64,000 bases of DNA from Macrostomum hystrix (lineage: Eukaryota > Animalia > Platyhelminthes). A program made the position numbers and the translations under genes. The stretch lies in NCBI GenBank assembly GCA_950097015.1, contig CATNEN010000026.1, positions 1,240,001 to 1,304,000 of the forward strand. The letters run 5' to 3'. The number at the start of each line of letters is the position of its first letter. Position 1 is the stretch's first letter. Shown here one piece after another: positions 35,154 to 46,005 of this stretch. The notes beneath the pieces are model-generated. The model saw nothing but the letters and a program-made list of their open reading frames with translations. It was not told the origin of the DNA and did no database searches.

Positions 35154-37028
35154 CTGAAATTATGTATTGCAAAACTCGTTAATCACGCAAATTATGTTTC
35201 TTGGAAATTAACAAATATGATTCAAGGAAGTGTTGTACCAGTAAACTAACGGTGAGGTAGCTATAGCAGTATATGTAAGTTATAGGTGAGTTTGTCAGTT
35301 CAAATATTACCTGGCCTCTTTGGACACATGAAAGAGTTTTTCTTTTCTAAGAAAATACCAAAACTTTGCCACTTAATAGCTTTATTGTTTAAGATAATCA
35401 TACTTGATTTTCTTCATCAAATTCTTAAATTTTTTCTTTGACTTTACTAAGTTTAATTTTACTCTAAAAGTTGGGTAAAGTTTAGCACTTTAATATACCA
35501 ATGATCTAATATCATGCATAGAAGGACAAATAATTTGGTTTCTGCATTAAAAAATTCGAATTTTTATATAAAAAATTAGATAGAAAGTCAGATACAACAA
35601 ACAGTAGTACTAATGTAGGATCACATATATCATTTGTGTGAATTATCTATGTGAGTTTCTTGTAAACATTTGCTATAGCATAGCTATAGCTATGCCCTAT
35701 GCGAATCTTTAAAAAATTAAAGTCTCTTTTGAAGAGGACAGAACAGAAGTAGCTAGTCCTATATGAAGAAACTAATTTCTTAGCTTAAATTTAGCTATTA
35801 TATGTTTTTATTGGAATAAATGTTACAGTTACAACCCTATTTGGCTAGAGGAATTCCTTCAGTTTAAGGATGGAATAAATATTTATATTTAGACATAACT
35901 AGCTATGCCTATAATCAGTGCTGCTCTTATTTTCATAGACCAAATTTAATAATTTAATAACTAAAAATTTCCTCTCCTTGCTATCTAATTATATCTATGT
36001 TATCTATGTTATCTATCTAATTATATCTATGTTATAACTAGGCATAAATTCAAAATTATGGCTTTTTAGTCTAAAAATGAGAACTATACACTCAATATAG
36101 TTGCCCAGGGTTTGAAAAAGAATTGAATATTTTTTCAAAGTTTTGTATTCCTTGAATGAACTTATTTAGTCTCCAAAAAGACAAAGTCTTGAGTAGACCT
36201 TCTAGTCAAATAAAAACTTTTCAATTGTTTCAGAATTCAAGTAAATGTCTTGTAACCCTTTTATTATGCAAGATAATTTCATGAATTTTGTCCACATGAA
36301 GATAACATGAATGAAATTAGAAATATCAAATAAAAAGCAAGTAGAACATGATTCAAAAGGGAAAAATAATGGCTCTAGGAATATAGTCAGGCTATAACAT
36401 TGCTTTGTATCAATTTTTCTTATGTGTATATTGAACTAGCAAAGTGAAATAATAATTTAAGATCAAATAGTAGAGTAGACTATATAGCTACTTGTTTAGA
36501 AAGGGAAGCAAATAATTATTTTGTATATGTTGGTATATGTAAAACATAATATATATTGGTAATTTTTAACTGGAATTGGCTCTCTATTGTAAACATTTTT
36601 ATAATGCTAGAATACAAGGTTATCACCTTGTATAGTAGCAAAATAACTGTATACAAAAGATTATCAGGCACACCAGATGGCAAATATGGATCTCAGATTT
36701 AAATAGTGAGTTGACAGCTGACCCTACCTATATTTTTATCCATTTTTGCCAAGCGAGAAGGTTTCCAGAAGTGCCCATAGATTTAGAGTGCAAGGTATTC
36801 AGAGCTTTGGTCAATTTTTAAGACTTTAGCTTCACAGCACTATGTTAAATGCAAGTGGTTAAAATGAATACAGCACATAATAGCTATATCAATCTACATT
36901 AAAAAGCTTTCTACTGAGGCTTACAGCACTTCTAAAGAGTGCAATGTACATTATCCTCATTGATTTTAATAGCACATCTATAAAGTGCAATATACTGAAC
37001 TGTTTTATTTAACAATTTGCAGTCTAGT

Positions 37029-38165
37029 CTATCTAGGAAAAAGATGGACTGTCCTACTGTTTGGCTGTTGTGAGATAACATGTTCTTCAGCAGCACTTTG
37101 CTGTGTCATATGTGACAGGCTTGGTAATGAAAATTGTAAAGGTACCTGAGGAGGTACTTGAGACTCAGATATCTGTATTTCATCTGGCAATAACATACCT
37201 GGGTAATAATTCTGCGAAAACTGAGCAAGACGTAGGTGACTATGTATTACTTGATTTTGAGAACTTCTAAGTTGCTGCAAATGAATGTCTTCTAAATAAG
37301 CATCTGGATTTTGGAATAAATTGTCAATACTATTGATATTTGAAGTAGTATTGTTGAGACTGGTAATATCATTGACATTACTTTGTGATGCTTCTGCACT
37401 TTGACTACATTCTTCATTGAGGCTTATCTCAGCCTCAGCAGCATAGTCATTTTGCTGTGTAGCCACTATTGCAGAATCATTACCATTTGCACTAGTACCT
37501 TGCATGCCAACAAGCAATGCTTGATTTTGGTTTGCTAGAGTACCTTCAGTGCTAATTGTAGGTGCTACATTTCTCTCATTCCATTCTGAATGAGACCAAA
37601 ATTTTACTTCACCATGATCAGAAATTGCCTGAAATTGTGCAACACATTGCTGTTGGTTAAGATTATGGGGTGAAGAGAAGTTGGGAATAAAACGTCCTGG
37701 CCCTTTCTTCTGACCTGTAGCTAAATCAGAAGCTATAAGTGCCCATTGAATTGCACCAGAGTTGCCTGCCCTTTCATAAGCGTCCTTAGCTATTTTACTA
37801 AGCTCTTTGCGCATGTAGACAACACCCTTTTTAATAATTTCTTCAAACTTTCCTTCTGTTTGAGGAAGCTGCTGCAAATTTTGAAGCCTGTGTTGCGCTT
37901 GCTTATCTGCTCTTATAAAATCAACAATAGAACTACATGCTTCTTGGACCTGTCCACTCAAAGTGCCAGTGACATCTTTAGAACAGTGATAAATGGCTCT
38001 GTCATGTTCAGTAATTCTAATAACAATGTAAGTTTCTTTATGTTTGTCCAAGTCCTGAATGATTCTTTTAATTGGGCGAGGTCGATTTTTAGCAGCTTTT
38101 CTTAGTCGTTCTTTTTTTGCTATACTTAGACCCCTATACTTCTCTAGCAATGCTGAAGTCCAAGC
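37029..38165 (-). CDS. Orphan ~375-aa coding exon (basic helical N-part, Q/S/N-rich C-part)
   Basis: Long non-repetitive ORF (37029-38150) in AT-rich DNA, preceded by CTTCATTTCAG as a likely acceptor. No family recognised. Confidence 0.55.
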   Translation of the reverse strand, partial: AWTSALLEKYRGLSIAKKERLRKAAKNRPRPIKRIIQDLDKHKETYIVIRITEHDRAIYHCSKDVTGTLSGQVQEACSSIVDFIRADKQAQHRLQNLQQLPQTEGKFEEIIKKGVVYMRKELSKIAKDAYERAGNSGAIQWALIASDLATGQKKGPGRFIPNFSSPHNLNQQQCVAQFQAISDHGEVKFWSHSEWNERNVAPTISTEGTLANQNQALLVGMQGTSANGNDSAIVATQQNDYAAEAEISLNEECSQSAEASQSNVNDITSLNNTTSNINSIDNLFQNPDAYLEDIHLQQLRSSQNQVIHSHLRLAQFSQNYYPGMLLPDEIQISESQVPPQVPLQFSLPSLSHMTQQSAAEEHVISQQPNSRTVHLFPR

Positions 38166-40298
38166 TGAAATGAAGAAGTATATGATATTAAAAATATTTA
38201 AACGAGATTTCCACTAAACTAGGCTTTTGTCCAGAACTGCAAGAATTAAAAGTGAGGCCATGCTTAAGGTAATCTCCCCTTGACCTCAGGGGAGAGAACA
38301 ACACCATCACTGAATTAACTGTTTAAATATAAAATGAAAAATTAACACCCAAACCAGCATTATGCATGAAAGCATATTTACCAAGTTTTTAAGGCAGTCA
38401 CCCATTTTTTAGAAACTAAGAAAGCTGCCCTTTTCCTTTTTCCAGTCAGCTGTACAATTCTGAACAAAAACCAAGTTCGTAGGTGCAGAAATGCCCAATT
38501 CCTTTAAATCTTACTGTATATAAAACACTTACTAGCACAGCCCTTCTTTCGAAGAAATTCATTGCCGCTAGTAGGTCCCATCTAAAATTAAGTTTTTAGC
38601 AATATGTAAATCAAATGTCTGTCACATGAACTATTTACCTACACTTCATTGGCAAACTATATATTTTTGGAGTCTATAGGCATGTCAAGTAATACCATAT
38701 TATAGGGCCACAAAATGGTCAAGTTAGAAAATCCAAAACTGTAACATGTCACCATTGCTATTAATAGGAAAAAGCATAAAAAATTCATGAAATACAATTT
38801 CGAATTCTTAACTTGAAAATTAGTTCTACTTTGAAACTTTTTCTTCAGGAATTATTTAGCATGGGCATGGTGAATTTTTTGGTCTTGGAACAGCTATTTA
38901 AGTATTCTATAGCTACCAGTGGGACTGATATATTCATTTCCTTGAAGGTACTCTTAACAGGCCCTAGTCAAAACACATGCTGCACACATTTCACAAGCTT
39001 TGAGTTTTTTCAACTTTTAAAGAGGTAATCACAGTTTAATCATGGTTTTCTGTTTTTGCACTAAATATTGATACTAATACATTTTCCTCAAACATTTCCA
39101 GCCTGCCTTGCTTGCTGCCTGACTGTTCGCTTGTCAACATTATGGACTCTAATGGACGACTAGGTCTATGCTGTCAAACTGCCATTGTCTGGTTCTAGGC
39201 AAGCCTCAAGTTACTGCAATACTTTTGCTCTCAGAGCTAGCTACTATCAGCCTGCAGCTCGACTCTTTGGACGAGCGTGAGTTAATATTGATTGCTTTTG
39301 TGAAAGTTACAGTTCAATGTGAATTCAAATGCAATGGCCCTCATTTTTTATAAACAGGTGTTTTGGCCCTATATGGTCCCATTCTATTAATGCTACATGC
39401 TAATACCAATAATTAAACGAGGACTCGATTCCATGTGATTCTCAGATTCTCCTCTCTACATCAGCCTCGAGGAGACATGCCCGCTATGGTCAGGCATTTT
39501 CCTTATATTTAACACACTGACTTTGACAAATAGAGGCTGTTCCTGTTTCTAACTTTCAATTACATTCAAATTCTGCCGCTTTCCACAGTGCTTTTTTCAT
39601 CTGCTCTCTCTCCCGATCTCTCCGTCATTCCCCTTTTCTCCTGCGCCAGATGCAGAGTAAGAACGGCTAACAGTTGATACTACTCCTCATCTAGTAGTCT
39701 GTGTCGCAACTTTTCTGTATTGGTTTGACTGAAATATTCACTTCCTTGAAGGCACTCTTAACAGGTCATAGTCACAGGCCACAGGGCATGTTACATATTT
39801 CTCCGGGCTGCAGGTGTGGGTGCACTGATTAAGAGTTGGACTATCTAAGATTTGACACCTTGATCTGAATGGCGTAGGCGAGGGGGTCATACTAGCTACT
39901 AGTAGCCGAACACTAGTAGTATGGGTTACCAGAAATCTGCCTAACACAGGGGAAATAGGAGAGCGTGCATTTGAATGGGAGAGGGTGGCCTATACTCTGC
40001 ATATAGGATAGGTGACGCTGTGACGATCTATGTGGCTGAGGGGTTGGAGCCCCATTACAATTACTCAACAGAATTCTGAGCACCAAAAATTAGCGAAAAT
40101 TATCAGCATGAGCTTGCCGTGACACCCGAGACAGTAATGACCCCTGGAATGGATTTCTAGGCTATGTATGCCACTGTTTAGATCTGCATGAAAAGCTTGT
40201 TTAGCAGGCAGCATTAATGAGCTATTACTACTATAAATATTGATAGTAATATTTATAATACCAGCAATTTCCAACTATGTAGATTATTATACAGCAGT

Positions 40299-40458
40299 AA
40301 CAAATATGGATTGATTTTGACATGCCACAAACTCTTACAATACATTATTACAAATACGAAAATATTAAACTGACATGGGTCAAATAACAAATATGGATTG
40401 ATTTTGACATGCCACAAACTCTTACAATACATTATTACAAATAGGAAAATATTAAACC
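40299..40458. repeat. 87-bp direct duplication
   Basis: AACAAATATGGATTGATTTTGACATGCCACAAAC occurs at 40299 and 40386. Confidence 0.85.
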
Positions 40459-40757
40459 GACATGGGCACCTAAACTTGGCTTACCTGTCAGTTCTTATTT
40501 GAGCTAATAAAAAAGGTTTCTATTTAACAATTCTAGCTAGTATAGGATATAGAATTAGATTTAAAGTTTTGACTCGACGAGCTCTTTACTATTCGAGTTT
40601 TGGTGGGAAGAGGAAAAACAGCTCGTTCCCCTTTGTCCCCCGCTCAAATAGGGATGTATGGCACCATCGTCTAGTTCGTTCCCAAGTTCGCGTAAACAAC
40701 CCCTCCCAGCCAACCACGCTTCATCATGGGGTTCCCACGCTTCACGTTCCCACAGGG

Positions 40758-40868
40758 AGCTCATGAGCTGCACTCGTCTAGCCGGACTCATGGCACGGTG
40801 AGGTGACCTGGGCTAGCCGTCTAATTTTTACCGTGAGCTGAGGCCGGCTAGTCCACGGCCGTTAGGTG
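40758..40868 (-). repeat. Right terminal inverted repeat of the giant element
   Basis: CTAG cores at 40848, 40813 and 40778 (offsets 17/52/87 from the end) and GCTCATGAGC at 40759-40768. Confidence 0.8.
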
Positions 40869-41056
40869 GTGGCGGAGGGGAGTTGGGGTGGCTGTCCTCG
40901 GAAAACAAAAAGTGACTCACTTTGAGATGATGCAGCTTTGCTCTGGATTGAGTAGAGATGTTCAAAATTGACAGCATTATTTGAAAACATGTAAAGTGTA
41001 AGTGGATCAAATTTGGAGAAAATCTGACAAAGTGGGGCGACGATATGTCGAATTGA
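40869..41056 (-). mobile_element. Proximal fragment of the interrupted minus-strand Helitron
   Basis: Inverted copy of ~41359-41546. It continues across the insertion into 9518->6853. Confidence 0.85.
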
Positions 41057-41787
41057 TATGCATTCGTACATTTTGAAATATGTTCAAAGTATTTGAAGTA
41101 TGAAATATGTAGTATATACGAGTATATACGAGTATATACGAAATCTATATATATAAAAGTGAAAACTCTGTCTGTGTGTGTGTGTGTGTGCAACCTTTTG
41201 TCTTTATAGACGCCGAAACCGCTCAACCAAATCGCACCAAACTTTGCACATACCTAAAACCACCTACGCTGAGTGCAATAGGCTACTCAAATTCCCGAAA
41301 AATCATTTCCTTCCTGCTCAAAAAGGCAAAAAACTGCTCAAAAATCGTCAAAAAATCACTCAATTCGACATATCGTCGCCCCACTTTGTCAGATTTTCTC
41401 CAAATTTGATCCACTTACACTTTACATGTTTTCCAACAATGCTGTCAATTTTGAACATCTCTACTCAATCCAGAGCAAAGCTGCATCATCTCAAAGTGAG
41501 TCACTTTTTGTTTTCCGAGGACAGCCACCCCAACTCCCCTCCGCCACTCTGCGGGCCAAATTTTATTACAGCCACCCCCTCCCTTACCCGGGCGCCGAAG
41601 CCCCAGACTGTACATTGTATTTCAAGCGGTGAATGTACACAGCCCAAACCCCTAGACTGTCTACTGGCCCCCAAGCAGCACTGAGACTGAGTGCGGTGAG
41701 TGCGGTGGCGTCCCAGTGCGCAGGGCTCTCCGGTCGATATTTCTCTCCAGCCAGCCTGGGATAGAAGAAAGAGAGAGGCTGGCGTTG

Positions 41788-42387
41788 ACTGGCTGTCAGA
41801 GAGGGCAATTCTGTGTCCTAGAAATGATGCCGCCAACGAAATTAACTACCAACTGCTTCAGGAGTTGCCAGGTGCAGTTTTCACCTACAACGTTGACTGA
41901 TGACACCGCTGTGGAGTATCCTGTTGAGTTTCTGAACTCTCTAGATCCTCCTGGAACTCCATCGCACAACTTGCAGCTGAAAGTTGGGGCACCAATTATG
42001 CTCCTCCGCAACCTGAATGCGCCAAGGCTGTGTAACGGCACCAGACTGATAGTCAGGCGGCTCTTCCCACACGTGATTGAGGCCACGATAATGACTGGAT
42101 CTGGCAGAGGAGAGTCTGTGTTCGTTCCCCGGATTCCAATTATCCCCACGGACCTGCCATTTCAGTTCAAGCGACTGCAGTTCCCTGTGAGAGTGTGCTT
42201 TGCAATGACTATTAACAAGGCTCAGGGACAGTCGCTGAAGGTGGCTGGCATCAACCTGGAGACTCCTTGCTTCTCGCATGGGCAGCTTTATGTCGCCTGC
42301 TCCCGTGTTGGAACTCCAGCTGGCCTATTCATTTTCGCACCAAGGGGAAGAACGAAGAATGTGGTGTATCCCCAGGCCTTGAGGTGA
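41788..42387 (+). pseudogene. Helitron PIF1-like helicase C-terminal fragment (frameshift near 41895)
   Basis: [20 protein letters not shown], then a frameshift, then [78 protein letters not shown] and [10 protein letters not shown]. Confidence 0.92.
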
Positions 42388-42537
42388 CTCGCAAGCAATT
42401 AATAGAAAAGTAGTCACGAATTGACCTTGACCTGTCTAACTCTGAACTCTGAAACAGTTTAATTTTGTTTCTTTGACATTGTTATTGTTATGCCATGGCT
42501 ATTTTCCTTATGTACGCGTGTACATGCATATTGTATA

Positions 42538-42815
42538 CAGAGGCAGATTTAGGGGGGGGGGCGGGGGGGGCAGTCGCCCCCCCCCAAATTTTAATCATGG
42601 GAATAAGATGCCCCCACCAGGGGCGCCAGTCGCAGCACTGGCGCCCCTTTTCGGCCGCTGGCGCCCCTTTTTCAGCCGCTGGCTCCCGTTTTTCAGCCGC
42701 TGGCGCCCTTTCTTGGCTCCTGGCGCCCTTTTTCGGCCGCTGGCACCCCCTCTGTGATTCTCATGGCGCTCCCCTGACAGACCGCCCCAAAACAAAATTC
42801 CTGGATCTGCCACTG
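42538..42815. mobile_element. MITE-like insert in the Helitron 3' region
   Basis: Imperfect inverted ends CAGAGGCAGATTTAGG / CAGTGGCAGATCCAGG, poly-G/poly-C tracts and internal GGCGCCC repeats. No clear TSD. Confidence 0.45.
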
Positions 42816-43619
42816 ACTGTATAGAGGAGTGGCTAAGAGACATGTTTCTAAAGAAGTAATCAAGAGGGGGCTGTTTGGACAAACTTTTCACTTATTTTTT
42901 ACTTAAAACGCCCTTAAACAAACTCTTCACTTTTCATTAATACAGTAAATAAATAAATGGTGACCTTCACGATAAAGTTAATACAGAGACGTGAATTGCT
43001 TACTGCTTTGCTTTAAATTTCTGCCCCAAAAACAACGGGCAAAAAAAGCTAGTATATAGTACGAGTATATACGAGGCGCAGAAGTATGAAATATGAAATA
43101 TTTTCGATTCGATTTCTATTTAGATGCCCTTATGCTATAAACACTATTGCTTTGCTTTAAATTCAATATTTGCATTAGATACCAGCCTAGTTTAAATGAC
43201 ATGAAATCATGACCTACTCTATTCGGAAGCAGCGAAGGAAAACTCATATTTTAATGCATGCTTTAACAACTACATACCGATGAATGTTACAAATTAGCTT
43301 TAGTAATTACAGGGCATTCGTCACCTAAAAAATATCATCCAGGGTGGCTCACTTGTTGCCGTGGTCGAGTGACAGGAAAATCTGTAGGCATTTGCAGCAA
43401 CAGCATAGTTAGCCTCCATGCATGCACCTAACGCAATGAACGCAATACAGTAAATCGCTTCAAACATAAACATTGCACGCAAATTTCACTCCACGACTTT
43501 CAGAGGGCTTCAAATAAATTGCAAAAGGTTTCATTCGAAACTTAAATTATTCTATTTCGTGTTTTTGGCAGTTTTCTTGTTGCCAGCGGGCGTTGCAGCA
43601 CTTTATTGAGACGCGCGTA

Positions 43620-44716
43620 ATGGGCAACACGGTGGAAAAAATGCGCGAACGCGAGCTGGTCCGGCGACAGACGAAGCGAGACGAGCTTGTGGCTTTCCTT
43701 GAGGGCAGCAAACGGAGGCGCAGCCTGCTGGATGTTAGCGGGAATCCCATTGGTGACGAGGCGCAGAACTCTCAGCTGGTGGATGGCGATAGGTGAGCAC
43801 GGTAGTTACATTGCAGATCCACTAGATTGTTGCTTAACTCTCTGCGCCGTCGAATGATCGTCAGAATGTGTGTTATTTGTTGTTGGATATACTCGCATAT
43901 GACACTTGTGACAGGAAGAATAAGTCAAACGTAAAACGAGGTAACCTCTTGGAATTGTTTATGCGAGTGCGCAACACTTTTAACACTTAAACGACTGAGA
44001 CACAATAGGGTACAGTGCGTTTTTTAAACAATGAATTAAAATGTTAACATGCAACGCACCATACACGTCTCATGATTCTCCAGGCCCATGGCCTTTGCTC
44101 GCGGTGCGGCGGCCCTAGACACTGATGACGATCATCGGCTGACTGACAGAGAACGCGAGGCCTGGCTCTATCGCATGGAGAACGAGGCACTGGAAGTGAT
44201 GAATGACAACATGGAGCTGCAGGAAGAGCGTCGGCGGGAACGAGAGAGGCGAGAAGAACGACGGGAGGAGCTGGAGAACATGGGCGTCGATGGAATTGGC
44301 GATCCAGATCACATCGAAGATGCACAAAGAGGTATGGCGATGAGAATTAAAATTTTTTGGTTAAAGTTATTCAATGATTATTCCCATCCTATTCCCATAA
44401 GCCTTCAACCAACTAAACAAACAATAAACAAACTACGCTCGTAGATGAACCACTTCAAGAAGAGCGTTCCCCGGTCTCATCTAGACGGAGTAGCCTTGCT
44501 GCTTCCGACACGGATGATGATGACGACTTAATCAGTAACGATCCGATTGATGATATAAATGACGATATTGACGACGACTTGGGCGATGAAGACGCCGCGG
44601 AGGATTTGAACGATGCTGCATCGGTGGAAGCGCCGGAGTCGGATCGCGGTGAGCCGGAGCCGGTGGCTGAAGAAACTGGAGGCGGCGATGATGATGAGAT
44701 GAGGCGAGGCGAGTAA
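43620..44716 (+). CDS. Acidic, probably disordered 230-aa protein of unknown family, join(43620..43792,44084..44331,44445..44716)
   Basis: Canonical splice sites (AG|GTGAGC, CTCCAG|G, G|GTATGG, CGTAG|AT) with matching phases and a TAA at 44714-44716. E/R-rich middle and D/E-rich tail. Confidence 0.7.
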
Positions 44717-46005
44717 GCTTCAAACTTTTACAGCGGCAAGCACCCGAGTTAATGCTGTTGGCTGGATTAAAAAAATAATTAAGAATTAACGTTTGCCGGT
44801 AGCCCTTTCGCAAAGCTTACTACCACTTTTGTTTTTGGGCCGCAAAACACGAGACAGAATTTTGCATCAACCCTTTCACAAATATTTAGATTAGAGATCG
44901 CCATTACAAAATTCGTAGAAAGTCTTGTCTTCGGATTAATAATTTGCTCACAATGTAATTAACTTCGATTTACAAATAATACACATGTTCCTATACTATA
45001 CCTTATCGCTTCGGTCTTAATTCATGTTGCATCAGAGTCGGTTGTTTTTTCCGTCACAAAAATTGAGCTCATGTACACGATACTTTGAAGCACAAACCTA
45101 ACATGCATTACCTGAAATTATCCCACTTGACCATTTTTGCTGCGCCTGAACGCCGCCATCGACTTTTTATTAATTGATGCTTTAATATAATTAATTTTAA
45201 GTGTGTACTATGTATAAATTAAAATGAAGCATAAGGGAAAATGAGCGAGGCGGACAAAAATTAGCAACCTAATCGTGTCAATCAGCTGGTTCGCCTCGCG
45301 TGTTCTAATTAAGTGCTAAAGGCGTATATCATTAATCAGAATCGTTAAATTGTCTCGGTGGTATTGAATTGTAGCGACATTAATAATGTTTCCCGCGCGC
45401 AACAAAGCAAGCCCGTGTTCTTGAAAATCGTGTACCTGTACGGGTGCACTGGGTGATTCTCTGTTACTTCTCTTTGTTCTTTAAGCAAGAATAAAACCAC
45501 AGACCTGTATGACGACGAATTTAGGTCATGTCAGCGCCTTTGCATTATAACAAAGTTTCTAATATTTAGTTTTATAGATAATCATTTGAACTCAATATAT
45601 CAATTATTAGTTTCTGTATTAAACAGGCTTGCTTATATAAAGGCTACGAAAAAAGTATAACGTTAGTTTTAAATTACATTTTTTCTGCCGTATCAATAAT
45701 CATCTTTTATTTTCTCTTCAACTCGCCCGTCGTTTTTTTGAAGAAATTTTTAAGATTAAGCTGGTAGAAGATTGGATTTTTAGCTATCTTTTGAGAAAAA
45801 TTTGTCGTGCACCTGATGTACGCCTCTATTACTGACAAGAAATGGTTTATTAACTGGACATAGATATTCGAATGATAGACTAAATAAGCTTTTTGTTGTT
45901 AGCTATCAAAGCTGATTCAAGTTTATTTAGCTAAAAATTACTGTAACATGTTTTGTACAAACGATTCTTGCTGCAAATTAATATTTTTCAAATTTTCAAA
46001 TAATA

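Larger units (their letters stand above)
9519..40868. mobile_element. Putative 31.35-kb TIR DNA transposon carrying a KDZ transposase and cargo genes
   Basis: GTGGCGG flanks both sides (9512-9518 and 40869-40875). Left end: CAGTCTATGGCCGCGGGCTAGCCGGCCCCAGCTCA. Reverse complement of right end: CACCTAACGGCCGTGGACTAGCCGGCCTCAGCTCA. The flanks rejoin into the uninterrupted Helitron sequence seen at ~41520-41560. Confidence 0.8.
41144..43052 (+). mobile_element. Non-autonomous Helitron (1.9 kb) with both termini
   Basis: A|TCTATATATATAAAAG at 41144 followed by a (TG)n tract. The 3' end has a TGCCC/GGGCA hairpin and CTAG|T at 43049-43053. No TSD, as expected for Helitrons. Carries a PIF1-like helicase C-terminal fragment. 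Confidence 0.9.

Noticed and set aside
9519-40868. Polinton/Maverick or endogenous virus identity for the 31-kb element
   Set aside because: No protein-primed polymerase, retroviral-type integrase, packaging ATPase or capsid ORF was recognised.
9519-40868. Cargo captured by the Helitron itself
   Set aside because: The block has its own TIRs and a target duplication, which Helitron capture does not produce.
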